Source: a virus (Duplodnaviria; Heunggongvirae; Uroviricota; Caudoviricetes). Taken from it: a stretch of 14,415 bases of DNA. Positions 1 to 7,763 of the stretch are shown one piece after another. The notes below the pieces were generated by a model. The model saw nothing but the letters and a program-made list of their open reading frames with translations. It ran no database searches and had not been told where the DNA came from. The position numbers and the translations under genes were made by a program. How positions within the stretch are numbered: the stretch's first letter is position 1; each line of letters opens with the position of its first letter. The stretch lies in IMG/VR virus record IMGVR_UViG_2711768057_000001; one strand, written 5' to 3'.

Positions 1-19
1 ATGGCGCTCATAAATCTGG

Positions 20-25
20 TATACT
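20..25 (+). promoter_or_regulatory. Candidate -10 hexamer (TATACT) of the ssrA promoter; the -35 would lie outside the window
   Basis: TATACT at 20-25 puts a start site about 7 nt upstream of the mature tmRNA 5' end at 40, consistent with a short precursor leader. Confidence 0.4.
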
Positions 26-39
26 TACCTTTACACATT

Positions 40-402
40 GGGGCTGATTCTGGATTCGACGGGATTTGCGAAACCCAAGGTGCATGCCGAGGGGCGGTTG
101 GCCTCGTAAAAAGCCGCAAAAAATAGTCGCAAACGACGAAAACTACGCTTTAGCAGCTTAATAACCTGCTTAGAGCCCTCTCTCCCTAGCCTCCGCTCTT
201 AGGACGGGGATCAAGAGAGGTCAAACCCAAAAGAGATCGCGTGGAAGCCCTGCCTGGGGTTGAAGCGTTAAAACTTAATCAGGCTAGTTTGTTAGTGGCG
301 TGTCCGTCCGCAGCTGGCAAGCGAATGTAAAGACTGACTAAGCATGTAGTACCGAGGATGTAGGAATTTCGGACGCGGGTTCAACTCCCGCCAGCTCCAC
401 CA
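40..402 (+). ncRNA. ssrA: tmRNA (transfer-messenger RNA, SsrA), 363 nt
   Basis: Begins GGGGCTGATTCTGGATTCGAC and ends GGTTCAACTCCCGCCAGCTCCACCA (tRNA-Ala-like acceptor/T-arm with CCA). Contains the internal tag reading frame at 129-161. Matches my recollection of E. coli ssrA. Confidence 0.96.
129..161 (+). other. tmRNA tag-peptide reading frame encoding ANDENYALAA followed by a stop
   Basis: GCA AAC GAC GAA AAC TAC GCT TTA GCA GCT TAA read directly from the sequence; this is the canonical SsrA degradation tag. Confidence 0.9.
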
Positions 403-412
403 AATCATGATC
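385..412. repeat. attL: ssrA 3'-terminal core sequence, left junction of the integrated island
   Basis: CTCCCGCCAGCTCCACCAAATCATGATC recurs in imperfect form at 9323-9348 (CTCCGCCAGCTCCACCAATCATGATT). Confidence 0.75.
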
Positions 413-438
413 CGGATACGTCCGGTGAAGTACAGAAA

Positions 439-470
439 GCCCGCACAGCACAAGCCCTGCGGGCTTTTTT
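439..470 (+). terminator. Rho-independent terminator downstream of ssrA
   Basis: Stem GCCCGCA (439-445) paired with TGCGGGC (458-464), followed by TTTTTT (465-470). Confidence 0.7.
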
Positions 471-514
471 GTGTCTGTCGTTGTCCGAGAACATCCGGCT
501 AAATCCAGAGAAAA

Positions 515-543
515 TTGGTACACGTTTAGGTACACGCTATACT
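515..543 (+). promoter_or_regulatory. Candidate sigma70 promoter for int (TTGGTA, 17 nt spacer, TATACT), overlapped by GGTACACG direct repeats
   Basis: TTGGTA at 515-520 and TATACT at 538-543 with a 17 nt spacer. GGTACACG occurs at 517-524 and 529-536, with an inverted GTACCA at 560-565. Confidence 0.45.
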
Positions 544-585
544 GTGGTCCATTAAACATGTACCAATTATGGAAGGGATCCAGAT

Positions 586-1776
586 ATGGCGCGTATCACA
601 CGCCCCCTCACTAACAATGAAATCCTTAAAGCCAAACCCCGTGAAAAAGACTTCACCCTTCATGATGGTGATGGCTTGTTCTTGCTCGTCAAAACCACTG
701 GTAAAAAACTCTGGCGCTTCCGTTATCAACGACCGGGAAGCAGCAGCCGCACAAATTTGAGTCTCGGCTCATACCCTGCCCTTACACTCGCAGCAGCACG
801 TCAGATACGCGACCAGCACTTAATCACGCTTGCGCAAGGCATGGATCCACAACAGCAACAGGAGCAGGCGTCAGAACAACGCCAGATTGAGTTAGACAGC
901 ATTTTCTCAACAGTAGCTGCTAAATGGTTCCAGATTAAAAGCAGAAGTGTCACAGAGGATTATGCAAAGGATATTTGGCGTTCTTTGGATAAAGACGTGT
1001 TCCCGGCAATCGGTGCGATACCAGTTCAGGAGATTAAGGCCAGAACGATTGTTGAAGCATTGGAGCCAATAAAAGCACGTGGCGCATTAGAGACGGTTCG
1101 TCGCCTAGTCCAGCGTATTAACGAGATAATGATTTACGCGGTTAATACCGGTCTGATTGATGCAAATCCGGCATCAGGTGTTGGAATGGCATTTGAGAAA
1201 CCCAAAAAACAAAACATGCCCACGCTACGACCAGAAGAATTACCCAAGCTGATGCGTTCTCTGGTCATGTCAAATCTATCTGTTTCGACTCGCTGTCTTA
1301 TTGAGTGGCAGCTTCTGACCCTAGTGCGTCCTTCTGAGGCTTCTGGTGCTCGCTGGGTAGAGATCGATCTCGATGCCAAACTCTGGACGATTCCCGCCGA
1401 ACGAATGAAGGCTAAGCGTGAACACATTGTTCCTTTATCACCACAAGCATTAGAAATTCTGGATGTGATGAAACCTATCAGTGCTCATCGTGAGCATATT
1501 TTCCCGAGCAGGAATGATCCAAAGCACGCCATGAATAGTCAGACAGCAAATGCAGCGCTGAAACGTATTGGCTATGGAGGAAAACTCGTAGCCCATGGAT
1601 TACGCTCTATTGCCAGTACGGCCATGAATGAAGCTGGATTTAATGCTGATGTGATAGAGGCTGCTTTAGCCCATTCTGATAAAAATGAAGTAAGAAAAGC
1701 TTATAACCGCTCTACATATTTAGAACAACGTAAAGAGCTTATGTCATGGTGGGGAAGTCGAGTAAATAAAATATGA
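586..1776 (+). CDS. int: Tyrosine recombinase, P4-type integrase (396 aa)
   Basis: Full ORF with a GGAAGGG Shine-Dalgarno upstream. N-terminus MARITRPLTNNEILKAKPREKDFTLHDGDGLFLLV is typical of P4/CP4-57-type integrases, and the C-terminal catalytic region has HGLRS...Y. Position directly 3' of tmRNA fits. Confidence 0.9.
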   Translation: MARITRPLTNNEILKAKPREKDFTLHDGDGLFLLVKTTGKKLWRFRYQRPGSSSRTNLSLGSYPALTLAAARQIRDQHLITLAQGMDPQQQQEQASEQRQIELDSIFSTVAAKWFQIKSRSVTEDYAKDIWRSLDKDVFPAIGAIPVQEIKARTIVEALEPIKARGALETVRRLVQRINEIMIYAVNTGLIDANPASGVGMAFEKPKKQNMPTLRPEELPKLMRSLVMSNLSVSTRCLIEWQLLTLVRPSEASGARWVEIDLDAKLWTIPAERMKAKREHIVPLSPQALEILDVMKPISAHREHIFPSRNDPKHAMNSQTANAALKRIGYGGKLVAHGLRSIASTAMNEAGFNADVIEAALAHSDKNEVRKAYNRSTYLEQRKELMSWWGSRVNKI

Positions 1777-1782
1777 AAAAAC

Positions 1783-1807
1783 AGCATCGCCTTTAATGAC
1801 GATGCTG
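1783..1807 (-). terminator. Hairpin between the convergent int and helicase genes; likely terminator of the minus-strand defence operon
   Basis: CAGCATCG (1783-1790) pairs with CGATGCTG (1800-1807); an A-run at 1777-1781 supplies the T-tract on the minus strand. Confidence 0.5.
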
Positions 1808-1813
1808 CGTGTC

Positions 1814-3712
1814 TTACTGCATATCGAGGAAGAATCTTGATGCAGGATGATATTTATAATCCCCCCAAGGCATCATTCTTTTTTCTGGATAAGTAACAAA
1901 AATCCAACGCCGAGATCGTGTTATAGCTACGAAAGCATTATTTCTTTCTTCATCTAGCTCGACTTTGCTCTTAGCTCGATAATCTGGAAAAACCCCCTCA
2001 CACATACCGATAAGGAAAACTATATCTTTTTCAAGTCCTTTCATTGTATGAACAGTACTTAACATAATCCCATTATTTAAGGTATCATCATTAAGCTGAC
2101 CCAAAGCAAGTGCATTCCTAAATGAGGATAGATTATCACCGAGGCCTTTACGTTTGAATCGTGTCCACATGGATTGAAGCTGCTCTATATCTTTAATCCC
2201 TGTGGCAATATCATCTTCTTTAGCAGAATCTTTGGTATTTGCTCCTAAATTCACCAGTTCTGATTTAATATCTAAACAGAACTTCAAAATATTAGGTGTG
2301 TCTACAGACATATGATCAATATGTGCTAAAACCAAGCTAATTAAATCTTTATCTAGGTTAGATGATTTTTTTATGTCAGCATAGACTTTGCTAATATCGT
2401 AGGTAACATCTGATTCTGGATTTAATTCTAAACCGATTAATTTATACAATCTCTTCCCATCAACCCAATCCTTTGGATTAACCTTAACCCTTATAGCAAG
2501 ATCGACTATTTTCCCAATAAGAGAAACAGGCGATTCATTTCTATCACTACGCTTTAGGAAATAAGGTATATTTCTTTTTTTAAGCTCACTTTCCATAGCT
2601 TTAAAAACAAATCTATTTCTACCTATAACAACAATTTTAGAGCAATCAATATCGCCCTCAATTTCTGGATGTCTTTTTAAATTCAGTATATGTTGAATGC
2701 TATCACAAACCCATATAGCTTCAGATTCTTCATCTGGTAAAGCATTAAAAGATTTATAGCCATCAAGAGCAGCATTAACACCAACTTGGCTATTTGGTTT
2801 TAATTTATTAGCTAATTCAATCACTGCTTTCGAAGATCTATAGTTCTCGTTTAAACAATAAATTTTAGGAGTAAAATCTTTCACGAATGATTTAATAAAA
2901 TAATCTGATGATGAACCATTAAAACCATAGATCATCTGGTCACTATCACCAACCATCATGACATCTTTTATTTTATCACCGCAGAGAACCTTTATAAATT
3001 CGTACTGAGCTCTGTTTAAGTCTTGAGCTTCATCAACAAATAAAGCAACGTATTTTTTTTGATATATTCTTGCTACTGAATCTTGATTTAATAGGATTTT
3101 ATGTGCATATAAAAGTATATCATCAAAATCCACACCACCACTTTCCAATAAAGCAGACTGATAATCTTGATAAATATTCCAAATACGCGGATTGGAACTG
3201 AATTTTATCTTTACTTCATCTTCAGTTAAAAGCTCTCTTTTAATAATAGAGAATACATTAAGATATTGACTTATAATTTTTTCACGATTGCGCTTTTCTC
3301 TAACGTCCTCAACATCTAAGTATTCATCAATATTAACCCCCTGTTCTCTTAAGGAATGTAGAAAAACCTCCATCCGATCTTGGTCACGTTCAAATATATG
3401 TAATTCTTTTGGTAACCCAATAGTATACCCATAACTTTCGAGTACCCTTTGTGCAACAGAATGAATCGTAGCAATCCAAATCCTATCACGATTTTCTGAG
3501 CCATCATCTAACCTTTCAAGCATTTCATCTGCTGCTTTATTTGTGAATGTTAAAGCAACCACACTTCCTCTAGCAGAGTTATTGAGAATGAACCTAACCC
3601 TCTCAGTAAGCACTCTTGTTTTACCAGACCCTGCAGATGCAAGAACTTGTATAGCCCCTCCCATAGGAGCTTTAACAACTTCAATTTGAGATTGTGATAA
3701 ATTATCAATCAT
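1814..3712 (-). CDS. gajB: UvrD/PcrA/Rep-like superfamily 1 helicase (632 aa), Gabija GajB-like
   Basis: SF1 helicase motifs read from the translation: I AGSGKT, Ia TFTNKAADEM, II VDEAQD, III VGDSDQMIYGF, IV NYRSS, V TVHTMKGLEKDIVF, VI VAITRSRR. Start ATG overlaps the upstream OLD-like stop (ATGA at 3709-3712). Confidence 0.8.
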   Translation of the reverse strand: MIDNLSQSQIEVVKAPMGGAIQVLASAGSGKTRVLTERVRFILNNSARGSVVALTFTNKAADEMLERLDDGSENRDRIWIATIHSVAQRVLESYGYTIGLPKELHIFERDQDRMEVFLHSLREQGVNIDEYLDVEDVREKRNREKIISQYLNVFSIIKRELLTEDEVKIKFSSNPRIWNIYQDYQSALLESGGVDFDDILLYAHKILLNQDSVARIYQKKYVALFVDEAQDLNRAQYEFIKVLCGDKIKDVMMVGDSDQMIYGFNGSSSDYFIKSFVKDFTPKIYCLNENYRSSKAVIELANKLKPNSQVGVNAALDGYKSFNALPDEESEAIWVCDSIQHILNLKRHPEIEGDIDCSKIVVIGRNRFVFKAMESELKKRNIPYFLKRSDRNESPVSLIGKIVDLAIRVKVNPKDWVDGKRLYKLIGLELNPESDVTYDISKVYADIKKSSNLDKDLISLVLAHIDHMSVDTPNILKFCLDIKSELVNLGANTKDSAKEDDIATGIKDIEQLQSMWTRFKRKGLGDNLSSFRNALALGQLNDDTLNNGIMLSTVHTMKGLEKDIVFLIGMCEGVFPDYRAKSKVELDEERNNAFVAITRSRRWIFVTYPEKRMMPWGDYKYHPASRFFLDMQ

Positions 3713-5484
3713 AGCTCAAGCCATCCCCTAACTTTATTAAATGCAATAATAACAGATTCCGGAAGTAATTCCTCAATTCTCTTTCCATTTGCATTCTGTG
3801 CTAGAATCACCCCTAAATACCCTGCATAACTAGCTTTTGAGTCACGCATTTTTTCAATTATAGCACTATCTTGTAAAGCCTCTATTTCTCTTTTCTTGGC
3901 ATCTCGATACCGTTCATTAGGACTAGCTTTGGTTTCACTTAACACTAATGATTCAATTATTTCCTCACGAATATTCAACTCGTTGTATAACTCAGCTTCA
4001 ATATCATTTGTTTCTTTGAGGAACTCTAAGGAGAAACAATCAGGATTCAATACGAGGCCATCTTCACGAACTAAACGTGCTACCTGACGGTTTATCTCAC
4101 CATGAGTATCACCATCATTATCACTAATAATACAGACAGGGATACCTAAATTACTTGCAAGTTTAATGAATGGTGGGTAATTTTTACCACTGACACTTAC
4201 ACAGTTAACTCCAACACTGAACATCGTCCTACCGAAATACAATTCAAACATGGATGGTATTAATTGTTCTTCTGTAACACCCTCACATAAAATTAAGGCT
4301 CGAGAGAAAAGCAACTCACCACGGGTTAACATTATCTCCCTTTTTAATGCATTTTTTTCATCATGTTCAATTCTTTTCTTCAGACAATTTACTGTTACTC
4401 CATCACCTTTCTTTATGAATGATCTTATATCTTCTATCTCAGCCATTGCGCTCAGGTATGGTGAATGAGTACTCAGTATAATTTGTCCCTGAGATGATGA
4501 TAACTGTTTAAACAAGGTTCTTTGTGCATTGGGATGTAGATGCGCTTCTGGCTCTTCAGCTCCAACAATTGGATGTAGCGCCTTATTTTCGAGCTCATGC
4601 CGCTCATGCATAAAGCTTAAAAACGATTGAACTGTAAGCATTGAAGCCCAACTTCTCGTCCCCGTGCCATGATATTCCATTGAAAATGAATGGTTTTCTT
4701 CATCTCCGAAATGTACTGTAAATTGCTTTGATAGATCTCGGATTTTTTTAGGGAAAGGAGTTATTTCTGTGTGGCTTGATCCTAGAAATGATTGGTTTAA
4801 CCCTTGAAGTGAATTTTTTAAGCTTTGAAGCGGCTCACTTCTACTCACTGCGGTTTCATTTATTGAACTTATCATTTCTTCAAGTGCAGTAACATCTTCA
4901 TCTTCATATTTAATATATGATAAGACCTTCCCTATATATGAGCTTTTATCTTTAAGCTCATGATGTATATCCCTCTGAGCCTCAATACAAATATAGGGGA
5001 TTGCATCAACTTTTGTTCTTACCTTTCTTCTCTCGTTGACAACAATGTCTTTCCATCCCTCAAACTCCCCCCATTCATTCAAATAATAACGTTGTGTATT
5101 AAACCCACCTTTTATCTCATCTGGCTGAACTTTTGTACGAATAGCCACAAACTCATGTCCATTTGCATCTACTGCAATATTATCACCGAAAACATCAATC
5201 CATTTTTCGTCAAACTCTTCTGTTTTATTACAATGTTCATCCGTAGGTATTATTTTTAAGTCAACGATAACTTCATTAACTTTTAATCCAGAACTATCTA
5301 TATGAAGATCTTCATCACTAAAGTAACGTTGGTAATCACCTAAAGCTAGTTGCAACGATTTTAGGAAAGATGTTTTCCCCGCATTGTTTGTACCTAACAA
5401 AACGGCAATACGTCCTAGCTCAACCTCAATTTCCTTTATACCTCTAAAACCTGAAATCCTAACAGAATTTATAAGAATTGACAT
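3709..5484 (-). CDS. gajA: OLD-family ATP-dependent nuclease (N-terminal ABC-type ATPase plus C-terminal TOPRIM; 591 aa), Gabija GajA-like
   Basis: Walker A GTNNAGKTS, Walker B-like IVGAEEPEAHLHP, H-loop STHSP, and TOPRIM motifs LILCEGVTEEQ and ISDNDGD. AGGAGG Shine-Dalgarno upstream. Paired in an operon with a UvrD-like helicase, the class 2 OLD/Gabija arrangement. Confidence 0.8.
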   Translation of the reverse strand: MSILINSVRISGFRGIKEIEVELGRIAVLLGTNNAGKTSFLKSLQLALGDYQRYFSDEDLHIDSSGLKVNEVIVDLKIIPTDEHCNKTEEFDEKWIDVFGDNIAVDANGHEFVAIRTKVQPDEIKGGFNTQRYYLNEWGEFEGWKDIVVNERRKVRTKVDAIPYICIEAQRDIHHELKDKSSYIGKVLSYIKYEDEDVTALEEMISSINETAVSRSEPLQSLKNSLQGLNQSFLGSSHTEITPFPKKIRDLSKQFTVHFGDEENHSFSMEYHGTGTRSWASMLTVQSFLSFMHERHELENKALHPIVGAEEPEAHLHPNAQRTLFKQLSSSQGQIILSTHSPYLSAMAEIEDIRSFIKKGDGVTVNCLKKRIEHDEKNALKREIMLTRGELLFSRALILCEGVTEEQLIPSMFELYFGRTMFSVGVNCVSVSGKNYPPFIKLASNLGIPVCIISDNDGDTHGEINRQVARLVREDGLVLNPDCFSLEFLKETNDIEAELYNELNIREEIIESLVLSETKASPNERYRDAKKREIEALQDSAIIEKMRDSKASYAGYLGVILAQNANGKRIEELLPESVIIAFNKVRGWLEL

Positions 5485-5601
5485 ATATTCATTCCCTCCT
5501 TGATTTTATGACATATACATTCCGAATAAATGTAATAATTCTGTTATCCAGATTATCATTTGCGGAAAATAAAATATAGTATATCCCAACCCTGCCGCGC
5601 A

Positions 5602-5620
5602 ATGCTCTCCCCGCCACGCC
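5602..5620 (-). other. cos-like 19-mer resembling the P2/P4 cohesive end
   Basis: Minus strand reads GGCGTGGCGGGGAGAGCAT, 16 of 19 matches to the P2/P4 cos sequence GGCGAGGCGGGGAAAGCAC as I recall it. It sits between psu and the cargo, as in P4-like elements. Confidence 0.5.
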
Positions 5621-5793
5621 TGCCCGCTTAAGGGGCCGCTTTTAATGCAGGTGCAAAGGTAGATTCAGGCCGCGCCGCGACTGGCGCTGGCAGGGAGTAC
5701 AGGGGTGGGAAAACGCATGCAAAACCATGCACCTTATGGATGCATGGCTTTTTTCGGGAAAAATAGCGGAATTTCCGGGGATGTTTTTGCGTG

Positions 5794-6360
5794 CTACCGT
5801 GCGGCCAGTTCTGCACGCCGGCGGGTATAAATCATGTTCTGTACAGGGGTGAATTTTTCACGATTATCATCCCGCGAAGGCGCGTCAGGCCTGTATCCGA
5901 TGGCCGTTAAAATGTCGTTATCCTGTGCAGAATAATTAATTTCATTTCCTGCGGCCAGCCAGACGGAAAGAGCTTCTCGCAGGTAATCTACTGAACGGTC
6001 AAGCGCACGGTTTTTTATCATCTCAGGCTGGTTCTTAATCCCCATCAGCTCCGGTGCCAGTGCGGCGGCCAGCTCTGCGCCGTCCTGCTGCATAAAATCA
6101 TGCAGCCGGTTACGAATGCTGATGCGCTGCACCTCTTCATGCGAGAAAATGTAGCGACCGGCGGCCTGATTAACTTCCCATTTTTTTATGTCAATCAGGT
6201 CGCGCTGCGACTGTAATCCGCGGGAACCTGATGCGTTGTCATCCAGCAATAATTCCTGATATTCCTGCACTGCGGCGGCCAGTTCGGCTTTACGGTTCAG
6301 CCACGCGGTTTTGTTCGTCTGACAGGCTTCATAGGCCTGCTGTAAGGTCAGGGTGGTCAC
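5794..6360 (-). CDS. psu: Psu-like polarity suppression / capsid decoration protein (188 aa)
   Basis: Translation MTTLTLQQAYEACQTNKTAWLNRKAELAAA...KWEVNQAAGRYI...FTPVQNMIY resembles P4 Psu as recalled. GTG start with AGGAGA Shine-Dalgarno 8 nt upstream. Confidence 0.8.
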   Translation of the reverse strand: MTTLTLQQAYEACQTNKTAWLNRKAELAAAVQEYQELLLDDNASGSRGLQSQRDLIDIKKWEVNQAAGRYIFSHEEVQRISIRNRLHDFMQQDGAELAAALAPELMGIKNQPEMIKNRALDRSVDYLREALSVWLAAGNEINYSAQDNDILTAIGYRPDAPSRDDNREKFTPVQNMIYTRRRAELAAR

Positions 6361-6376
6361 GGGTTGTCTCTCCTGA

Positions 6377-6622
6377 TTAGTGGCGGAACGGCGAGCTGTA
6401 GCAATCTTTTACCCGGCGAGGTGCTGCGGGTATTGTCGGCACCGGCGCGGGTTTCTCATCGATGACCGGAGAACGTATCACTTCAAAGATGGACTCATGC
6501 GTTTTGAATGTCGCCGAGCAGTGCACATTCTGGCACTGCAGGTAACTCTCTTTGACGCTCTCGGACATATAGCGGCTGGTGCGGACGTGAGCCGCCGTGC
6601 GGCAGAAAGGGCAGCGCATCAT
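6377..6622 (-). CDS. Ogr/Delta-family zinc-finger late transcription activator (81 aa, single domain)
   Basis: CPFC...C(x)nC zinc-finger pattern (MMRCPFCRTAAHVRTSRYMSESVKESYLQCQNVHCSATF), similar to P2 Ogr. Start overlaps the sid stop (ATGA at 6619-6622). Confidence 0.8.
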   Translation of the reverse strand: MMRCPFCRTAAHVRTSRYMSESVKESYLQCQNVHCSATFKTHESIFEVIRSPVIDEKPAPVPTIPAAPRRVKDCYSSPFRH

Positions 6623-7356
6623 GACAGTAGCCCCCGTGCTTTCAGGTCGGCTTCACGTTCCCGCATTTTTTCCTGCCAGACTTTCCGCTGAACGGGCGTG
6701 GCCGCAACGTCATGCTCCATATGCGGCAGCGTGGAGGCCGACAGCCCTGTTTTAAACAGCACCGGTTCATCGGTCAGACGGATATTGCAGCCCTTTACGG
6801 CCTGTTCAAGCCACGCTTTCACCTGCTGCATTACAACTTTTTCCGGTTCGGTATATCCCTGATGGCCTGTGGTATTGGCTAGCGGGTTATTCAGAACCAG
6901 TATGTTGAGTTTCATTGCCCTGACCAGCGCGCTACAGGTGTCACGCAGGGCAACATCAAGCTCATGCTCTGCATACTGGCTGAGGACGCTGTGATGTGCC
7001 TGACGATACGCTCTGGCCGTCCGGTCACACGCTCCTTTAAGGCTGTCCAGCTCAAAAGACAGAACCTCAGCCATATTGTCACATTCCTGCGCCAGTTCCC
7101 GCCGTGCCACGCGCGTCAGATGGCGTTGTTTCAGCTCGCCGGTAACGACAGCACCACCGGCACGAAAGGCGGCGCGCCATGCGCCGGAATCATTGTCATT
7201 TTCCTGCTCCAGTTCCTTTTTTTGTGCTTTCACCTGGCTGACGGCCGCCGTGGTTTCATCCATACGGCTGGCATTGGCGAGATGCGCCGAGCGGGCAGTC
7301 TCAAGGCGTTCCATTGCAGGTTTAAGGTAGTCGGGAATAACAGCGGTCTGAGTCAT
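6619..7356 (-). CDS. sid: Sid-like capsid size determination (external scaffold) protein, about 245 aa
   Basis: Translation MTQTAVIPDYLKPAMERLETARSAHLANASRMDETTAAV...ARGLLS resembles P4 Sid as recalled. I place the start at the internal ATG at 7356 (AGGAGA Shine-Dalgarno 6 nt upstream), not the ORF-track start at 7422. Confidence 0.8.
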   Translation of the reverse strand: MTQTAVIPDYLKPAMERLETARSAHLANASRMDETTAAVSQVKAQKKELEQENDNDSGAWRAAFRAGGAVVTGELKQRHLTRVARRELAQECDNMAEVLSFELDSLKGACDRTARAYRQAHHSVLSQYAEHELDVALRDTCSALVRAMKLNILVLNNPLANTTGHQGYTEPEKVVMQQVKAWLEQAVKGCNIRLTDEPVLFKTGLSASTLPHMEHDVAATPVQRKVWQEKMREREADLKARGLLS

Positions 7357-7428
7357 GTCAGGTCTCCTCTTCATTTCAATCTGAGGAGATTCTGCCGCGC
7401 CAGACACAACAACACGATTCATTGCCGT

Positions 7429-7446
7429 TGTGGCAAAAATGGCACA
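7429..7446. promoter_or_regulatory. TGT-N12-ACA dyad, candidate Ogr/Delta activator site of the late sid promoter
   Basis: TGTGGCAAAAATGGCACA lies about 75-90 bp upstream of the sid ATG on the minus strand; TGT-N12-ACA is the known recognition pattern of P2/P4 late promoters. Confidence 0.55.
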
Positions 7447-7533
7447 AACAGACCTTAAAACCCGGCTGGCCAGAGAAAGGTCTCAGGAAAACCTTACTCA
7501 CTGTTTGTTTTTTTACTAATAACTATTCACTAC

Positions 7534-7627
7534 TGTTCACCTTGAGAAAAAAGATAAGTAATACAGTTAATTAAAGGGTGAACAGTTGAAGGTCTGACTG
7601 TTCACCGTCTGTTCACCACTGTTCACC
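7534..7627. repeat. Iteron cluster: four direct copies of TGTTCACC (three at about 10 bp phasing) plus one inverted copy
   Basis: Direct copies at 7534-7541, 7599-7606, 7610-7617 and 7620-7627; inverted GGTGAACA at 7577-7584. The octamer is identical to the P4 type I iteron bound by alpha protein, as I recall it. Confidence 0.6.
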
Positions 7628-7709
7628 CTTCTGTTTTTCTCTGCCGATACCTTTTAGACTTTATTTCGATTAAAAATCGAAATATATAACTAAAGGAAAT
7701 AGAAATTGC

Positions 7710-7763
7710 TGCATTGTAATGCAGTGATTTGCATCTGTTTGCCAGCGTTTGCCTTTGTTTGCC
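7710..7763. promoter_or_regulatory. Palindrome TGCATT-GT-AATGCA followed by three helically phased GTTTGCC repeats; candidate operator upstream of vis
   Basis: Palindrome at 7710-7723; GTTTGCC at 7737-7743, 7747-7753 and 7757-7763, exactly 10 bp apart. Confidence 0.4.

Noticed and set aside
338-559. 73 aa minus-strand ORF overlapping the 3' part of ssrA and its terminator
   Set aside because: Lies antisense within a well-defined tmRNA gene and terminator hairpin; no ribosome-binding site; almost certainly spurious.
5628-5816. 62 aa minus-strand ORF between psu and the cargo
   Set aside because: Covers the GC-rich non-coding cos-like region, has an unusual Pro/Arg-rich translation and no Shine-Dalgarno, and overlaps the psu 3' end.
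7357-7422. Upstream 22-codon extension of sid (ORF-track start at 7422)
   Set aside because: The internal ATG at 7356 has a strong AGGAGA Shine-Dalgarno and gives a protein matching Sid length; the extension would overlap the promoter region.
6380-7458. Plus-strand ORFs (6380..6691, 6964..7458, 7076..7330) antisense to delta and sid
   Set aside because: They fully overlap the much better supported delta and sid genes on the opposite strand and give Arg/Cys/Ser-rich low-complexity translations typical of antisense frames.
7534-7627. Possibility that the TGTTCACC repeats are a CRISPR array
   Set aside because: Repeat unit is only 8 bp with 2-3 bp spacers and one inverted copy; this is an iteron/operator organisation, not CRISPR repeat-spacer architecture.
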